From: Thermoplasmata archaeon
Lineage (GTDB): Archaea; Thermoplasmatota; Thermoplasmata; GCA-020350865
NCBI GenBank assembly: GCA_020348445.1
Contig: CP070751.1
Coordinates: forward strand, 4,070,164-4,134,163
Direction: 5' to 3'
DNA length: 64,000 nt
The position numbers and the translations under genes are program-made. Below, piece by piece: positions 10,847 through 19,945 of the stretch. A model generated the notes under the pieces. That model saw nothing but the letters and a program-made list of their open reading frames with translations, searched no databases and was not told the origin of the DNA. Each line of letters opens with the position of its first letter. Position 1 is the first letter of the stretch.

Positions 10847-12700
10847 ATGGCATCACAACCTTCAGCAAAAGTTGAATCAATTTCTGAAATTGACCAGCAA
10901 ATAGTGGCCATCGAAGAGCGGAAAGCCGAAATCGAGGACCAGAAAGCTCGGTTGGATGAGGAGGAGAGAGAACTTGAAGAGATAGAAGAAGAGCTATCGA
11001 AAATGAGGAAGTTCTTCAAGAGGGTGAAAATCGGATACCGTACCTTCTTTGTAAGGAGGTTCTCGGCACCTCGAAGGATAATGACAACCAGCTCCGGGGC
11101 AGGAGGTCTAAAAGGTGATTTGGCCAAGAAGATAACACCTGTACCAAAGATCGTGGAGAAACATGTTGATGAGATAGAGATCGATACTGTTGAAGATCCA
11201 TATTCTTATGTACGAATCAGGTACGACAACCAAACCGACGAATATCTCTATGAGGTAATAGAGCCCCCGCTTTCAAAGGATGAGGAAAATGTCTTGGAGC
11301 TTCTCAAGGAAGGATTAATCGATACTGTACAACTAATCCCGGACAGAACCATTGATATCTCAGAGAAGTACCTTCGAAAAACCGTTGATGGCCTCCTACA
11401 CGGTATGGATTTGAGATTGAACCCACTGTCAAAGGAAAGGATTTTCTACTACATAAGAAGGGACTTTATGGGATATGGTCCCATCCAGACGATGATGATC
11501 GAGTACCAGGTGGAGGATATCTCATGTGATGGTGTGGGTGTACCCATCTTCATATATCATAGGAAGTACGGTTCCATCAGGTCCAATATCAAGTTCAATT
11601 CAGCTACTGAGCTTGATGGTTTCGTGGTCTGGATGGCACAGAAGTGTGGAAAGCATATAAGTGTGGCAAGTCCCATGCTGGACGCAACTGTTCCCGATGG
11701 TTCGAGATTGCAGGAAACCTTAAGCACTCATGTCACGAAGAAGGGATCCTCCTTTACCATCAGGAGGTTCAGAGAGAATCCTTTTACCTTCGTTGATTTG
11801 ATAAAATTCAAGACCATGTCCACAGAGATGGTGGTCTATCTTTGGCTGGCCATCGAGCATGGACAATCCATGCTGATTTGCGGTGGAACGGCAAGTGGAA
11901 AGACCACCACATTGAACGCGATTTTACTTTTCATTCCTCCCCAGATGAAGATCGTGACAATCGAGGATACAAGGGAGCTGAACCTACCCCATGAAAATTG
12001 GGTGCCTACATTGACTAGAAGCGGTTTTGGAGCAAAGAGCCCCATTACTGGCAAGGCACCTGGTGAGATCGACATGTTCGATTTGTTGACCATGGGTCTT
12101 AGGCAGAGACCTCAGTATCTGATGGTGGGTGAGGTGCGAGGTGCTGAGGCGTACACAGTTTTCCAGGCCATGGCCACAGGTAAAGCCTCTTATACGACAT
12201 TTCATGCAGAATCCACCCAGGCTATGGTTCACAGGATGGAGAATCCCCCAATCAATCTCCCGAGAGCGCTGATCACGGCTTTGGATTTGGTGCTTCTTCA
12301 GGCTCAGGTTAAGGTGGGCACGAAGATGACAAGAAGGGTTAAGGGTCTGACTGAGATAGTAGGTTTGGATCCCGAGACAAACGAGCTCATTACAAATACC
12401 GCCTATTCTTGGAATCCTGCAGACGATACTTTCAACTACAGTGGTCACAGCTATATTTACGAGAAGGTGCAGGCTCAAAAGAACTGGTCGCTACGGGAAG
12501 TGGAACGAGAAGTTAAGCGCAGGATCGACCTTATTGCTTACATGCAAAAGATTGGTGTTAGTAACTATATGGATGTCTCCAGGATCATCTCAGCATATTA
12601 CAAGGATCCAGAGAAGGTCGTCAAGAAAGCCAGGGATGAATTAAGAGAGGGAGCAGCAGATCCACGAATGGCTCGTAGACCTGGAAGAAAGGTAGCGTAA
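10847..12700 (+). CDS. Second type II/IV secretion ATPase (paralog of 6880..8637)
   Basis: GGTASGKTT, TIEDTRE, RQRPQYLMVGEVRG, TFHAES; N-terminal coiled coil (EERKAEIEDQKARLDEEERELEE). Confidence 0.93.
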   Translation: MASQPSAKVESISEIDQQIVAIEERKAEIEDQKARLDEEERELEEIEEELSKMRKFFKRVKIGYRTFFVRRFSAPRRIMTTSSGAGGLKGDLAKKITPVPKIVEKHVDEIEIDTVEDPYSYVRIRYDNQTDEYLYEVIEPPLSKDEENVLELLKEGLIDTVQLIPDRTIDISEKYLRKTVDGLLHGMDLRLNPLSKERIFYYIRRDFMGYGPIQTMMIEYQVEDISCDGVGVPIFIYHRKYGSIRSNIKFNSATELDGFVVWMAQKCGKHISVASPMLDATVPDGSRLQETLSTHVTKKGSSFTIRRFRENPFTFVDLIKFKTMSTEMVVYLWLAIEHGQSMLICGGTASGKTTTLNAILLFIPPQMKIVTIEDTRELNLPHENWVPTLTRSGFGAKSPITGKAPGEIDMFDLLTMGLRQRPQYLMVGEVRGAEAYTVFQAMATGKASYTTFHAESTQAMVHRMENPPINLPRALITALDLVLLQAQVKVGTKMTRRVKGLTEIVGLDPETNELITNTAYSWNPADDTFNYSGHSYIYEKVQAQKNWSLREVEREVKRRIDLIAYMQKIGVSNYMDVSRIISAYYKDPEKVVKKARDELREGAADPRMARRPGRKVA

Positions 12701-12706
12701 ACTAAC

Positions 12707-12748
12707 TTTTTTTTCACAATTTTTTTTTGTTATTATTTTTTTTATTTT
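12707..12748 (+). terminator. Oligo-T archaeal terminator of the pilus operon
   Basis: T8, T9 and T8 runs immediately after the TAA at 12700. Confidence 0.65.
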
Positions 12749-12772
12749 ATTAAGGGCCAATGCGTTTATTAA

Positions 12773-13216
12773 GGGGCCGCCGAGCCCTGAGGTTTAAGAA
12801 ACAATTATTTTACATTTATAACCGAAGGGCCAAGGCTAATAAGAAGATTCAATTGCCGAGCCATTAAGCTTAAGACATAATTGAATTAGAATTATAACTT
12901 AATGGCAAGGCAACTAAGAAATTTGAATTGTCGGGTCTTTCAGCTTAAGAACCGATTTTTATGTAATTATAACTGAAAGACAAGGCTATGTATAAATGGG
13001 GCCGCCGAGCCCTGAGGATTAAGACACCATTGTATTACAATTATAACCGAGGGGCCAAGGCGTATAAAATGGGGCGGTCGAGTCTTTCAGCTTAAGAACC
13101 AATTCTTATATAATTATAACTGAAAGACAAGGCTATGTATAAATGGGGCCGCCGAGCCCTGAGGATTAAGACACCATTGTATTACAATTATAACCGAGGG
13201 GCCAAGGCGGCCCCAC
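12773..13216. repeat. Tandem array of six 57-58 bp hairpin units (period 73-76 bp) abutting the tRNA-Pro 3' end
   Basis: Units start at 12779, 12855, 12930, 13004, 13077 and 13151. Consensus GYCGR-[9-nt arm]-nTTAAGA-N15-wTTATAA-[complementary arm]-(C)AAGGC. 12964-13061 is identical to 13111-13208. Confidence 0.92.
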
Positions 13217-13241
13217 GTATTAATTTAATATAAAATTTAAG

Positions 13242-13371
13242 TGGGGCCGCCGAGATTTGAACTCGGGTATCCAGCATTTCGTATCATTTTCGAAACCGAG
13301 TTATTTTCCGGGAACTCGGTACTCAACGAAACCCCAAGCTGAGAGGATTGTCCAAGCTACCCTACGGCCCC
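13242..13371 (-). tRNA. tRNA-Pro(GGG) with a 55-nt intron at 37/38 (intron 13277-13331)
   Basis: Reverse complement folds as GGGGCCG/CGGCCCC-A acceptor stem, D-loop AGCTTGGACA, anticodon stem TCAGC/GCTGG with loop TT-GGG-G|T, T-arm CCGAG-TTCAAAT-CTCGG. Relaxed bulge-helix-bulge at the intron ends. Confidence 0.9.
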
Positions 13372-13403
13372 AGTGGGGATATGGGCATGGAATAGAATGA
13401 AGG

Positions 13404-13417
13404 TTTATACCTTTTTT
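13404..13417 (-). promoter_or_regulatory. BRE/TATA promoter of tRNA-Pro
   Basis: Minus strand reads AAAAAAGG-TATAAA about 33 nt upstream of the mature tRNA 5' end. Confidence 0.5.
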
Positions 13418-13468
13418 GATTGATGGTGATTTAGAAAAGAGCAATTAGTATGTAGATATCATTTTATT

Positions 13469-14242
13469 TTATAGGTCAAGCCATCGTGTAAACTTCCTCT
13501 CATTAATCACGACATCGTCCTCTCCAACCATGTCAAAGGGATTCTCCAGATGATCCTGAATGTTATCCAGGGAAACCAGGATAATGCTGAAAAGAACAGG
13601 CATTACAAAGAACATGGCAAGGGGAATATCCCTTGATAAGTTGGCGAAATAAGGTCCATAGAAGATGGGTAGGATGTAGGTGAAGATCTTGCTGTAGGCC
13701 CTGAGGGTTATCGGGGTGCGGTATTGATATATATGTTTCATGCTCTCAAAAGACTCCAGCATCTTGCTTAAAAACTGATTGGTTCTCGATACTCCTCCTG
13801 GGGGCATGCCGCGGTTACCACTTTCCTTGATAAAAAGTGATAGCTCAGAGAACTTGGAATAGATAAATCTCTCCTCTGCTGCACTTTTCTCTGGTTCCTT
13901 CATGAACATCTGGCGAAGTCCTCCAAGAAGTTCTCTTAATATACGTTTTAGCTTCCTTTGATATTTAGCTTCTGAGTTGGGGACCCAGTCTCTTGAGGCA
14001 AAGTAAATAGCCCTACCATATGCCTTGAGGGAACCGTAATAATTAAGGGACCTTTCCCTGCGTGTATATGCCGTGCTTATGGAGAAAACTATGGGAAAGA
14101 CGACGGCTATACCGATTAAAGTAAGGGGAAAATCGGCATATATCTCATAATGCATGCATAAGAATGTGGAGATAACAGACAAAATCGCTACTGCAATGGT
14201 ATTTGGAGTGAGTATCAATATAATACTTTTTATGATCCTCAT
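13469..14242 (-). CDS. Bestrophin-like (UPF0187) membrane channel protein
   Basis: TM segments; VVFPIVFSISTAYTRR and LDNIQDHLENPFD..GEDD resemble the bestrophin I...IE.PFG signature. Confidence 0.7.
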   Translation of the reverse strand: MRIIKSIILILTPNTIAVAILSVISTFLCMHYEIYADFPLTLIGIAVVFPIVFSISTAYTRRERSLNYYGSLKAYGRAIYFASRDWVPNSEAKYQRKLKRILRELLGGLRQMFMKEPEKSAAEERFIYSKFSELSLFIKESGNRGMPPGGVSRTNQFLSKMLESFESMKHIYQYRTPITLRAYSKIFTYILPIFYGPYFANLSRDIPLAMFFVMPVLFSIILVSLDNIQDHLENPFDMVGEDDVVINERKFTRWLDL

Positions 14243-14401
14243 ATTTCTGAAATATCCATCTTATATATTATAGTTTGTTATAATCGCTGAAAAACGATAA
14301 TAAAGCAACAATGTATTCTTTCAAGTAATATTATATACTAAAGTCTCTATAAACAAACAATACAATAACTAAGCATTTGGCGAGGAGACGAATCTAGCGA
14401 A

Positions 14402-14905
14402 ATGATCAAGGATTGCGGTGTGCAGATGCTCGATTATGAAGATATAAAACATATATCAAAAATATTATCTCGGATAGCGTTGGTTGGCACAATTATCTCC
14501 ATTGTCATATTCCTCGTGACAAATATTTTGTTTTTATTGATAATTGGCATATTGATAAGTTTTGAGCCCTTGATGTCATTATGGATCCGTATTATTCTAT
14601 TTCCAGATTCAGAATATGTTTTTATTTCGTTTGAAGATTTTAAATTATTTTCTAAGATCTTAATTTGGGTTGCGATAGTGGGAACCATATCTTCAATTAT
14701 CATATTCCTTCCTTCGGGTCAGTATGATTGGATGGCATTGATGATAGGAATTAGTATCGCACCGTTTCTAGTCGCTGTTGCCTTCTTTATATCCTGGGAT
14801 CCTTTTTTGTTCTATAAATTCTTTATAAAGGAAAAACGTGAGGAAAGTGTGGCAATCAGAGTGGAAAAGTATCGTCTTCAAAAGCAGAAGAGATGGCGTA
14901 AATGA
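14402..14905 (+). CDS. Hypothetical membrane protein with an internal duplication
   Basis: Two similar halves: EDIKHISKILSRIALVGTIISIVIFL and EDFKLFSKILIWVAIVGTISSIIIFL. Confidence 0.55.
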   Translation: MIKDCGVQMLDYEDIKHISKILSRIALVGTIISIVIFLVTNILFLLIIGILISFEPLMSLWIRIILFPDSEYVFISFEDFKLFSKILIWVAIVGTISSIIIFLPSGQYDWMALMIGISIAPFLVAVAFFISWDPFLFYKFFIKEKREESVAIRVEKYRLQKQKRWRK

Positions 14906-14937
14906 TTTGATTATTCAAATATCTACGGTAATAGCTC

Positions 14938-15281
14938 ATGAAAAATAGAACCCTGAAAATCATGATGGGAGGAGGAATTACTCTTATTATTTTAGCGGGC
15001 GCAAGCGGAGGTCCTGCAATAATTCTCTTACCATTATTGATTATAGGTTTGGTATTGATGGTGGTTTCCCTTTGGATCATCCTAATCGGGTTTAACAAGG
15101 TGATATTTTTAGCGGGTACCATTATCGGGGTTATTGGTTTACCTTAGCATTCTTCTAGGGCAATGAATACAGTTGCACGGCAATCATTATCATTGGTTTA
15201 GGAGTTATCATCGGATGCATAGCAATACTTGTTGGTTATTCAAATATCGGGGATACTACTGGGTGGGACAAGGATCTCTGA
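14938..15281 (+). pseudogene. Probable disrupted small membrane protein
   Basis: The 69-aa hydrophobic ORF stops at 15147. Hydrophobic coding continues in another frame (LAFF*GNEYSCTAIIIIGLGVIIGCIAILVGYSNIG...KDL*, TGA 15279-15281), implying a frameshift plus an internal stop. Confidence 0.45.
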
Positions 15282-15370
15282 CTGTTTTTTTATAATGGGG
15301 GAGTAATTTGTTCACATAAAGTTAAATAAGGGGCTAAAACTATGAGGTATTAAATCCATTGATTTAAAGG

Positions 15371-15868
15371 GTGTTTGTTATGTTATATTGGAACAGGTGC
15401 GTAATCAAAGACATAGAAACTGATCCCAAAATTCCGGGATCTGAAGAATATTTCAATGTCGATTTTTTAGATTTTAAACCCCATTTTAATTTTAAGGTTT
15501 ATGCTAGATCTTGTAACAAGTTTGAGGATGCAAGTGGTTGTTTTGATTATAAGCGATTCAAACCGGGAACCGAGATCGTTGTTAGATTAGCTGGAGAGCT
15601 TCACATGTACAGAGCACTTAAACTAGAGAAAGTGGATAAAAACAAACATTGGGAAGAAGGGTTTGTTACCATGATCAACTCAAATGGTGATAAGAATTAT
15701 TTTCTAAGAGGGTATGTAATAGGAAGAAATCCTGAGGATTATGGGAGGGAAGGTAGGGTGATGAAAGCCAATAACTTATATGTTTATTTCACCGATATAA
15801 ATAACAAAACAAAAAAAGGTGATAATGTTCTTATTTCACTTACTGGTATCCTTGATTTAAAAGAATAA
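15371..15868 (+). CDS. Hypothetical protein
   Basis: 165-aa ORF (ATG at 15380 is an alternative start). Two halves end in similar K.G..(I/V).(V/I).L.G.L strands, possibly a tandem beta-barrel. Confidence 0.55.
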   Translation: MFVMLYWNRCVIKDIETDPKIPGSEEYFNVDFLDFKPHFNFKVYARSCNKFEDASGCFDYKRFKPGTEIVVRLAGELHMYRALKLEKVDKNKHWEEGFVTMINSNGDKNYFLRGYVIGRNPEDYGREGRVMKANNLYVYFTDINNKTKKGDNVLISLTGILDLKE

Positions 15869-16002
15869 CTTCAGATGTACAATTCAAAGAGAGATAACAA
15901 TAAAGCTTTAAATTTATCAGGGGACGGGGGATCATTTGAATAGTAAAATTTGTTGAGTAGGTATGTGAAATCCTAATAGGATAACATAAAAGAAAATAAT
16001 GG

Positions 16003-16935
16003 ATGGTGTCTATTGTGAATCGAGACAGGATCATTAAGATAATTAAGCTGGGAAGAATCCATTTCGTGGTAGGTGGTTTTTTACTCTATTGTCTTGGGGC
16101 GCTGTATGCCATGGTAACAGGTACTGACTATTCATTGCTTAGATTTATTTTGGGGTACGCTGTTTTGTTTCCTGCCCATCTCTCTGTCTCGTATAGCAAT
16201 GATTACTTCGATTACAAGGCTGACAAATATAACAGGTCCACAATGTTTTCTGGTGGAAGTGGTATACTTGTTAATTATCCCGAATTAAGGAAAGTTGCCC
16301 GAAATTTTTCCCTTTTTCTGATTTTTTTATCCATTATCTTGGCTTTGTTTTTCTTAATGGTATTTTCTTTCCCATTGATCTTTTTAGCATTTGTTATTTT
16401 TGGCAATCTTTTAGGATGGTTCTATTCAGCTCCTCCAGTTAGGCTGGTTTACCGCAAAATGGGAGAATTGGCTACAGTTCTCACGGCGGGGATATTACTC
16501 CCTGGGATGGGCTATTTTGTTATGAAGGGCGCATTCGATATTTCTTTTCTCATATTTGCCCTTCCACTGATGCTTTATAGTATGTTCTTCATTCTCAGTG
16601 TAGAGATGCCTGATATGGAGGGTGACATCTTAGGTAATAAACAGACCATGATTGTTCGAAAGGGTCGCGCCTTTGGTTTTACAGTGATGGCTTTATGTCT
16701 CATTTTATGCACATTCTATTATATCATAATGGCCATGCTGGTTCCCGCGACCACGAGCATTGGATTTTTTGTAATTGGTTTGCTTTCCATTTTACCCCTT
16801 TATATCGGTCTTGTGGGATTAATAAAAAGACCAAATGAACAAAGAGTGGCTTCAAAACTAACAAATAAAGGGGTTGCATCCCTTTTCTTATTTGTCTTTT
16901 TTGTAGATATTTATTATTTAACCCTACTGTTATAA
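16003..16935 (+). CDS. UbiA/MenA-family prenyltransferase
   Basis: SNDYFDYKAD and EMPDMEGD Asp-rich motifs, SGGSG, WFYSAPP; 8-9 TM segments. Confidence 0.85.
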   Translation: MVSIVNRDRIIKIIKLGRIHFVVGGFLLYCLGALYAMVTGTDYSLLRFILGYAVLFPAHLSVSYSNDYFDYKADKYNRSTMFSGGSGILVNYPELRKVARNFSLFLIFLSIILALFFLMVFSFPLIFLAFVIFGNLLGWFYSAPPVRLVYRKMGELATVLTAGILLPGMGYFVMKGAFDISFLIFALPLMLYSMFFILSVEMPDMEGDILGNKQTMIVRKGRAFGFTVMALCLILCTFYYIIMAMLVPATTSIGFFVIGLLSILPLYIGLVGLIKRPNEQRVASKLTNKGVASLFLFVFFVDIYYLTLLL

Positions 16936-16991
16936 TATATTCATTTAATTAGTAATTTATAAGAAATAATATAATACCTATGTATTTACTC

Positions 16992-17423
16992 TTAATCGGG
17001 TACATTATATTTTTTATTAGCATAGAGAAAACCGAAGTTGATTGCCCTTTCTTTTGTGGCTTTCATATGATGGTGACCATGGGCGTTTAATATTCCTTTC
17101 ATATAGGCACTTTTAGGTATATATTTAATCTTTATTCGCCTGTGAAAAAAGATATCGTGAACCATAAAATAACCAATACCGTATGCTATAATCCCTATAC
17201 CAATCCAGAAATAGATATTAAAGCCCGAGAGAATTCCATATAAAATAAAAATGAATGCTAGGACACTGAAGAATAGAGAGAAGATGTCATTTTTCTGCAA
17301 TCTATGTTCCTTGGGTCTATGATGGTCCTCATGGAGCACCCAAAGAAAACCGTGAATTACAAATTTGTACAGGAAGCAGACAAATAATTCCATGAATAGG
17401 AACACCACGATTACTGTGATCAT
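16992..17423 (-). CDS. crtZ: Beta-carotene hydroxylase (fatty acid hydroxylase superfamily)
   Basis: His boxes HGFLWVLHEDHH, QKNDIF, Y..VHD.FFHRR, AH.HHH. Confidence 0.85.
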   Translation of the reverse strand: MITVIVVFLFMELFVCFLYKFVIHGFLWVLHEDHHRPKEHRLQKNDIFSLFFSVLAFIFILYGILSGFNIYFWIGIGIIAYGIGYFMVHDIFFHRRIKIKYIPKSAYMKGILNAHGHHHMKATKERAINFGFLYANKKYNVPD

Positions 17424-17684
17424 ATAGATTGTCAGTGTAAATACATCTATATTCAGTCAACCAAGGGTAAAGTGCATCAATTATTAAAGGCTCTTTATTA
17501 CTTCAAATAAAAGTGACAACGGGCATAAAATCGATCCTGACCCGCAATTATTTAATAAAGTATAGTGTTTGTATTTCAGCTCTTAACCTAAATCTATTTT
17601 AACAATGTTGGTATATTCCTTAAAAAGCTTAATTGCTTATCATTTATCCTATTATAATCAATAAATCACAAGGAGATTAAACCC

Positions 17685-18362
17685 ATGATAAACTACTTGA
17701 TAATCAACGTCCTCATCATAATATTTCCATTATTGTTTTCCTTTGAAAAGAGAATCAGTTATTACAAACATTTCAAGCCGCTTTTTATTTCAATACTGAT
17801 TGTGGGAGGCTGTTACATAATATGGGATGCAGTTGCAACTTCCCGCGGGGACTGGTGGTTCAACCACGATTACGTTATGGATTTCGATATAGTGGGGCTG
17901 CCAATTGAGGAAATAATGTTCTTTGTGACGGCACCTTATTCATGTATATTTATCTACGAGTCGCTTCTATATTTTTTAAACGATAGGCAATTTAATTATG
18001 ATACGAGAGTCTTTATTGTTCCATCATTAATTTTTATTGTGGCAGGTAGCATGTTCTACTATCAGAACTACACCGCAACTGTACTTTTCTCCTGCGCTCT
18101 GTTTTTCTTTTTAGCTATGCTCGCATATCCAAATATGCTGAAGTCAGTTATCTACTGGCTTTACATAATCATTGTATTCATACCCTTTTTCATCATGAAT
18201 TACCTACTAACATCAATCCCAATAGTGCTTTACAATTCAGAAGCCATTTGGAACATTAGAATAACCACGATTCCCGCTGAGGATTTCTTTTACAACTTCG
18301 CAATGCTCTCTTTTTACCTAATGGTATATCTGTTTTTCAAAGGTAGAGTTGCTAAAAATTAA
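17685..18362 (+). CDS. crtY: Lycopene cyclase domain protein (fused CrtYc/Yd type)
   Basis: Two membrane lycopene-cyclase repeats, GLPIEEIMFF and TIPAEDFFYNF; YIIWDAVA...GDWWFN. Confidence 0.85.
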   Translation: MINYLIINVLIIIFPLLFSFEKRISYYKHFKPLFISILIVGGCYIIWDAVATSRGDWWFNHDYVMDFDIVGLPIEEIMFFVTAPYSCIFIYESLLYFLNDRQFNYDTRVFIVPSLIFIVAGSMFYYQNYTATVLFSCALFFFLAMLAYPNMLKSVIYWLYIIIVFIPFFIMNYLLTSIPIVLYNSEAIWNIRITTIPAEDFFYNFAMLSFYLMVYLFFKGRVAKN

Positions 18363-18454
18363 TTATCTCATTAATGTGCTTATATGCTATACAAAGTTAC
18401 CCTACACAGTTACAACGTAAACATTTTATATACATCTTTTATTTACCCTCCTTA

Positions 18455-19945
18455 ATGCATAGAGGGGAGGTAATAATCATAGGGGCCGGCTTTTCCGGCC
18501 TAGCCACCGCAGCCCTCCTAGCAAAACAGGGATTTACCGTCACGGTGGTGGAGAAGAATGAACAGCCAGGGGGCAGAGCCTCTGTATGGAAGGAAGGTGG
18601 CTTTACCTTCGATATGGGCCCATCTTGGTACCTAATGCCGGATGTCTTTGAAAGGTTCTTTTCAGAATTTAACAAGAAACCAGATGATCTCATGGAACTG
18701 GTACAGCTCAATCCATCGTACCGTGTGTTCTTCGGTCCGAATGACACCCTGGATATTTCAGCAGATCTCAACGAGAACCTTGCCACTTTCGATGAAATGG
18801 AGGAAAACGGTGCCGAGAAGATGAAGAAATACCTGGAAAGTGCAAAATATCAGTACGATGTGGCTATGAACCAGTTCATCTACAAGGATTATGTACATCT
18901 CACAGACTTCTTTAATCGCAAGCTCGTTGTTGAGGGTACCAAGCTGCACATATTCGACAAGCTGGATCATTATGCTCAACGCTTCTTCGAAAATCCAAGG
19001 ATAAGGAAGATTCTCGAGTATAACATCGTGTTTCTCGGCGGCACCCCTTACAACACTCCTGCACTTTATGCTCTTATGTCCCATGTTGATTTCAACCTTG
19101 GTGTGTGGTATCCAATGGGGGGCTTGGGAAAGCTGGTGGAGGCAATTTACGACCTAGATCTATCCCAGGGTGTTAATTTCAGGTTCAACGAGGCTGTGAC
19201 TAAGATAGAAGTTGATGAGAAGATTGCAAGGAAGGTGGTGACCGAAAAGGACACCCTCAATGCTGATATAGTTGTAGTGAATGCCGATTATGCCTATGCA
19301 GAAACCCATCTGATTCCCAAAAAGAACCAAACCTATCCTAGGAAGTACTGGGATGGCAAGGCCATTGCGCCCTCATCACTGCTGTTCTTTTTAGGATTGA
19401 ATAAAAAGCTTGACAATCTGATTCATCATAACCTTTATTTCCACCCTAAATGGGAGAAACATTTTGATACCATCTTTAAGAAGCCTTCTTGGCCCAACGA
19501 GCCTTCATACTATGTTTCTTGCACATCCAAGACAGATTCAACAGTTGCCCCCAAAGGTGGAGAGAATATCTTTATTTTAGTTCCTATTGCGCCCGGTCTT
19601 GAGGATACTGAGAAGATAAGAGAGAATTATTACAATAAAATTATAGGGCATCTGGAAAATCTAATAGGGGAAAACATAAGGGATGCAGTTGTGGTTAAGA
19701 GGTCTTTTGCCCATAATGATTTTTCTAACCGATATAATGCCTATCAGGGAACGGCTCTTGGGTTCGCCCATACGTTGCGGCAGACCGCAATATTCAGGCC
19801 AAGACATAAGAGCAAGAAGGTGAAGAATCTGTATTATACTGGTCATTACACACATCCTGGGATCGGCGTTCCCATGGTGATAATTTCATCTCAAATAGTA
19901 AGCGAAGAGATAGGTAGGTATCATGCCAAACAGAACCATATATAG
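18455..19945 (+). CDS. crtI: Phytoene desaturase
   Basis: VIIIGAGFSGLATA FAD motif, GFTFDMGPSWY, C-terminal LYYTGHYTHPGIGVPMV. Start moved from 18374 to ATG 18455, which follows a TTTATATA box. Confidence 0.92.
   Translation: MHRGEVIIIGAGFSGLATAALLAKQGFTVTVVEKNEQPGGRASVWKEGGFTFDMGPSWYLMPDVFERFFSEFNKKPDDLMELVQLNPSYRVFFGPNDTLDISADLNENLATFDEMEENGAEKMKKYLESAKYQYDVAMNQFIYKDYVHLTDFFNRKLVVEGTKLHIFDKLDHYAQRFFENPRIRKILEYNIVFLGGTPYNTPALYALMSHVDFNLGVWYPMGGLGKLVEAIYDLDLSQGVNFRFNEAVTKIEVDEKIARKVVTEKDTLNADIVVVNADYAYAETHLIPKKNQTYPRKYWDGKAIAPSSLLFFLGLNKKLDNLIHHNLYFHPKWEKHFDTIFKKPSWPNEPSYYVSCTSKTDSTVAPKGGENIFILVPIAPGLEDTEKIRENYYNKIIGHLENLIGENIRDAVVVKRSFAHNDFSNRYNAYQGTALGFAHTLRQTAIFRPRHKSKKVKNLYYTGHYTHPGIGVPMVIISSQIVSEEIGRYHAKQNHI

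Noticed and set aside
12779-13208. CRISPR array
   Set aside because: No invariant 24-47 bp repeat alternating with unique spacers of about 30-40 bp; the variable parts are 15 nt or are paired arms; whole units are duplicated; no cas genes in the window.
12779-13208. Integron attC, Xer dif, box C/D or H/ACA guide array
   Set aside because: No RYYYAAC...GTTRRRY ends, no 11-6-11 dif geometry, no conserved RUGAUGA/CUGA boxes, no ACA tails, and no gene cassettes between units.
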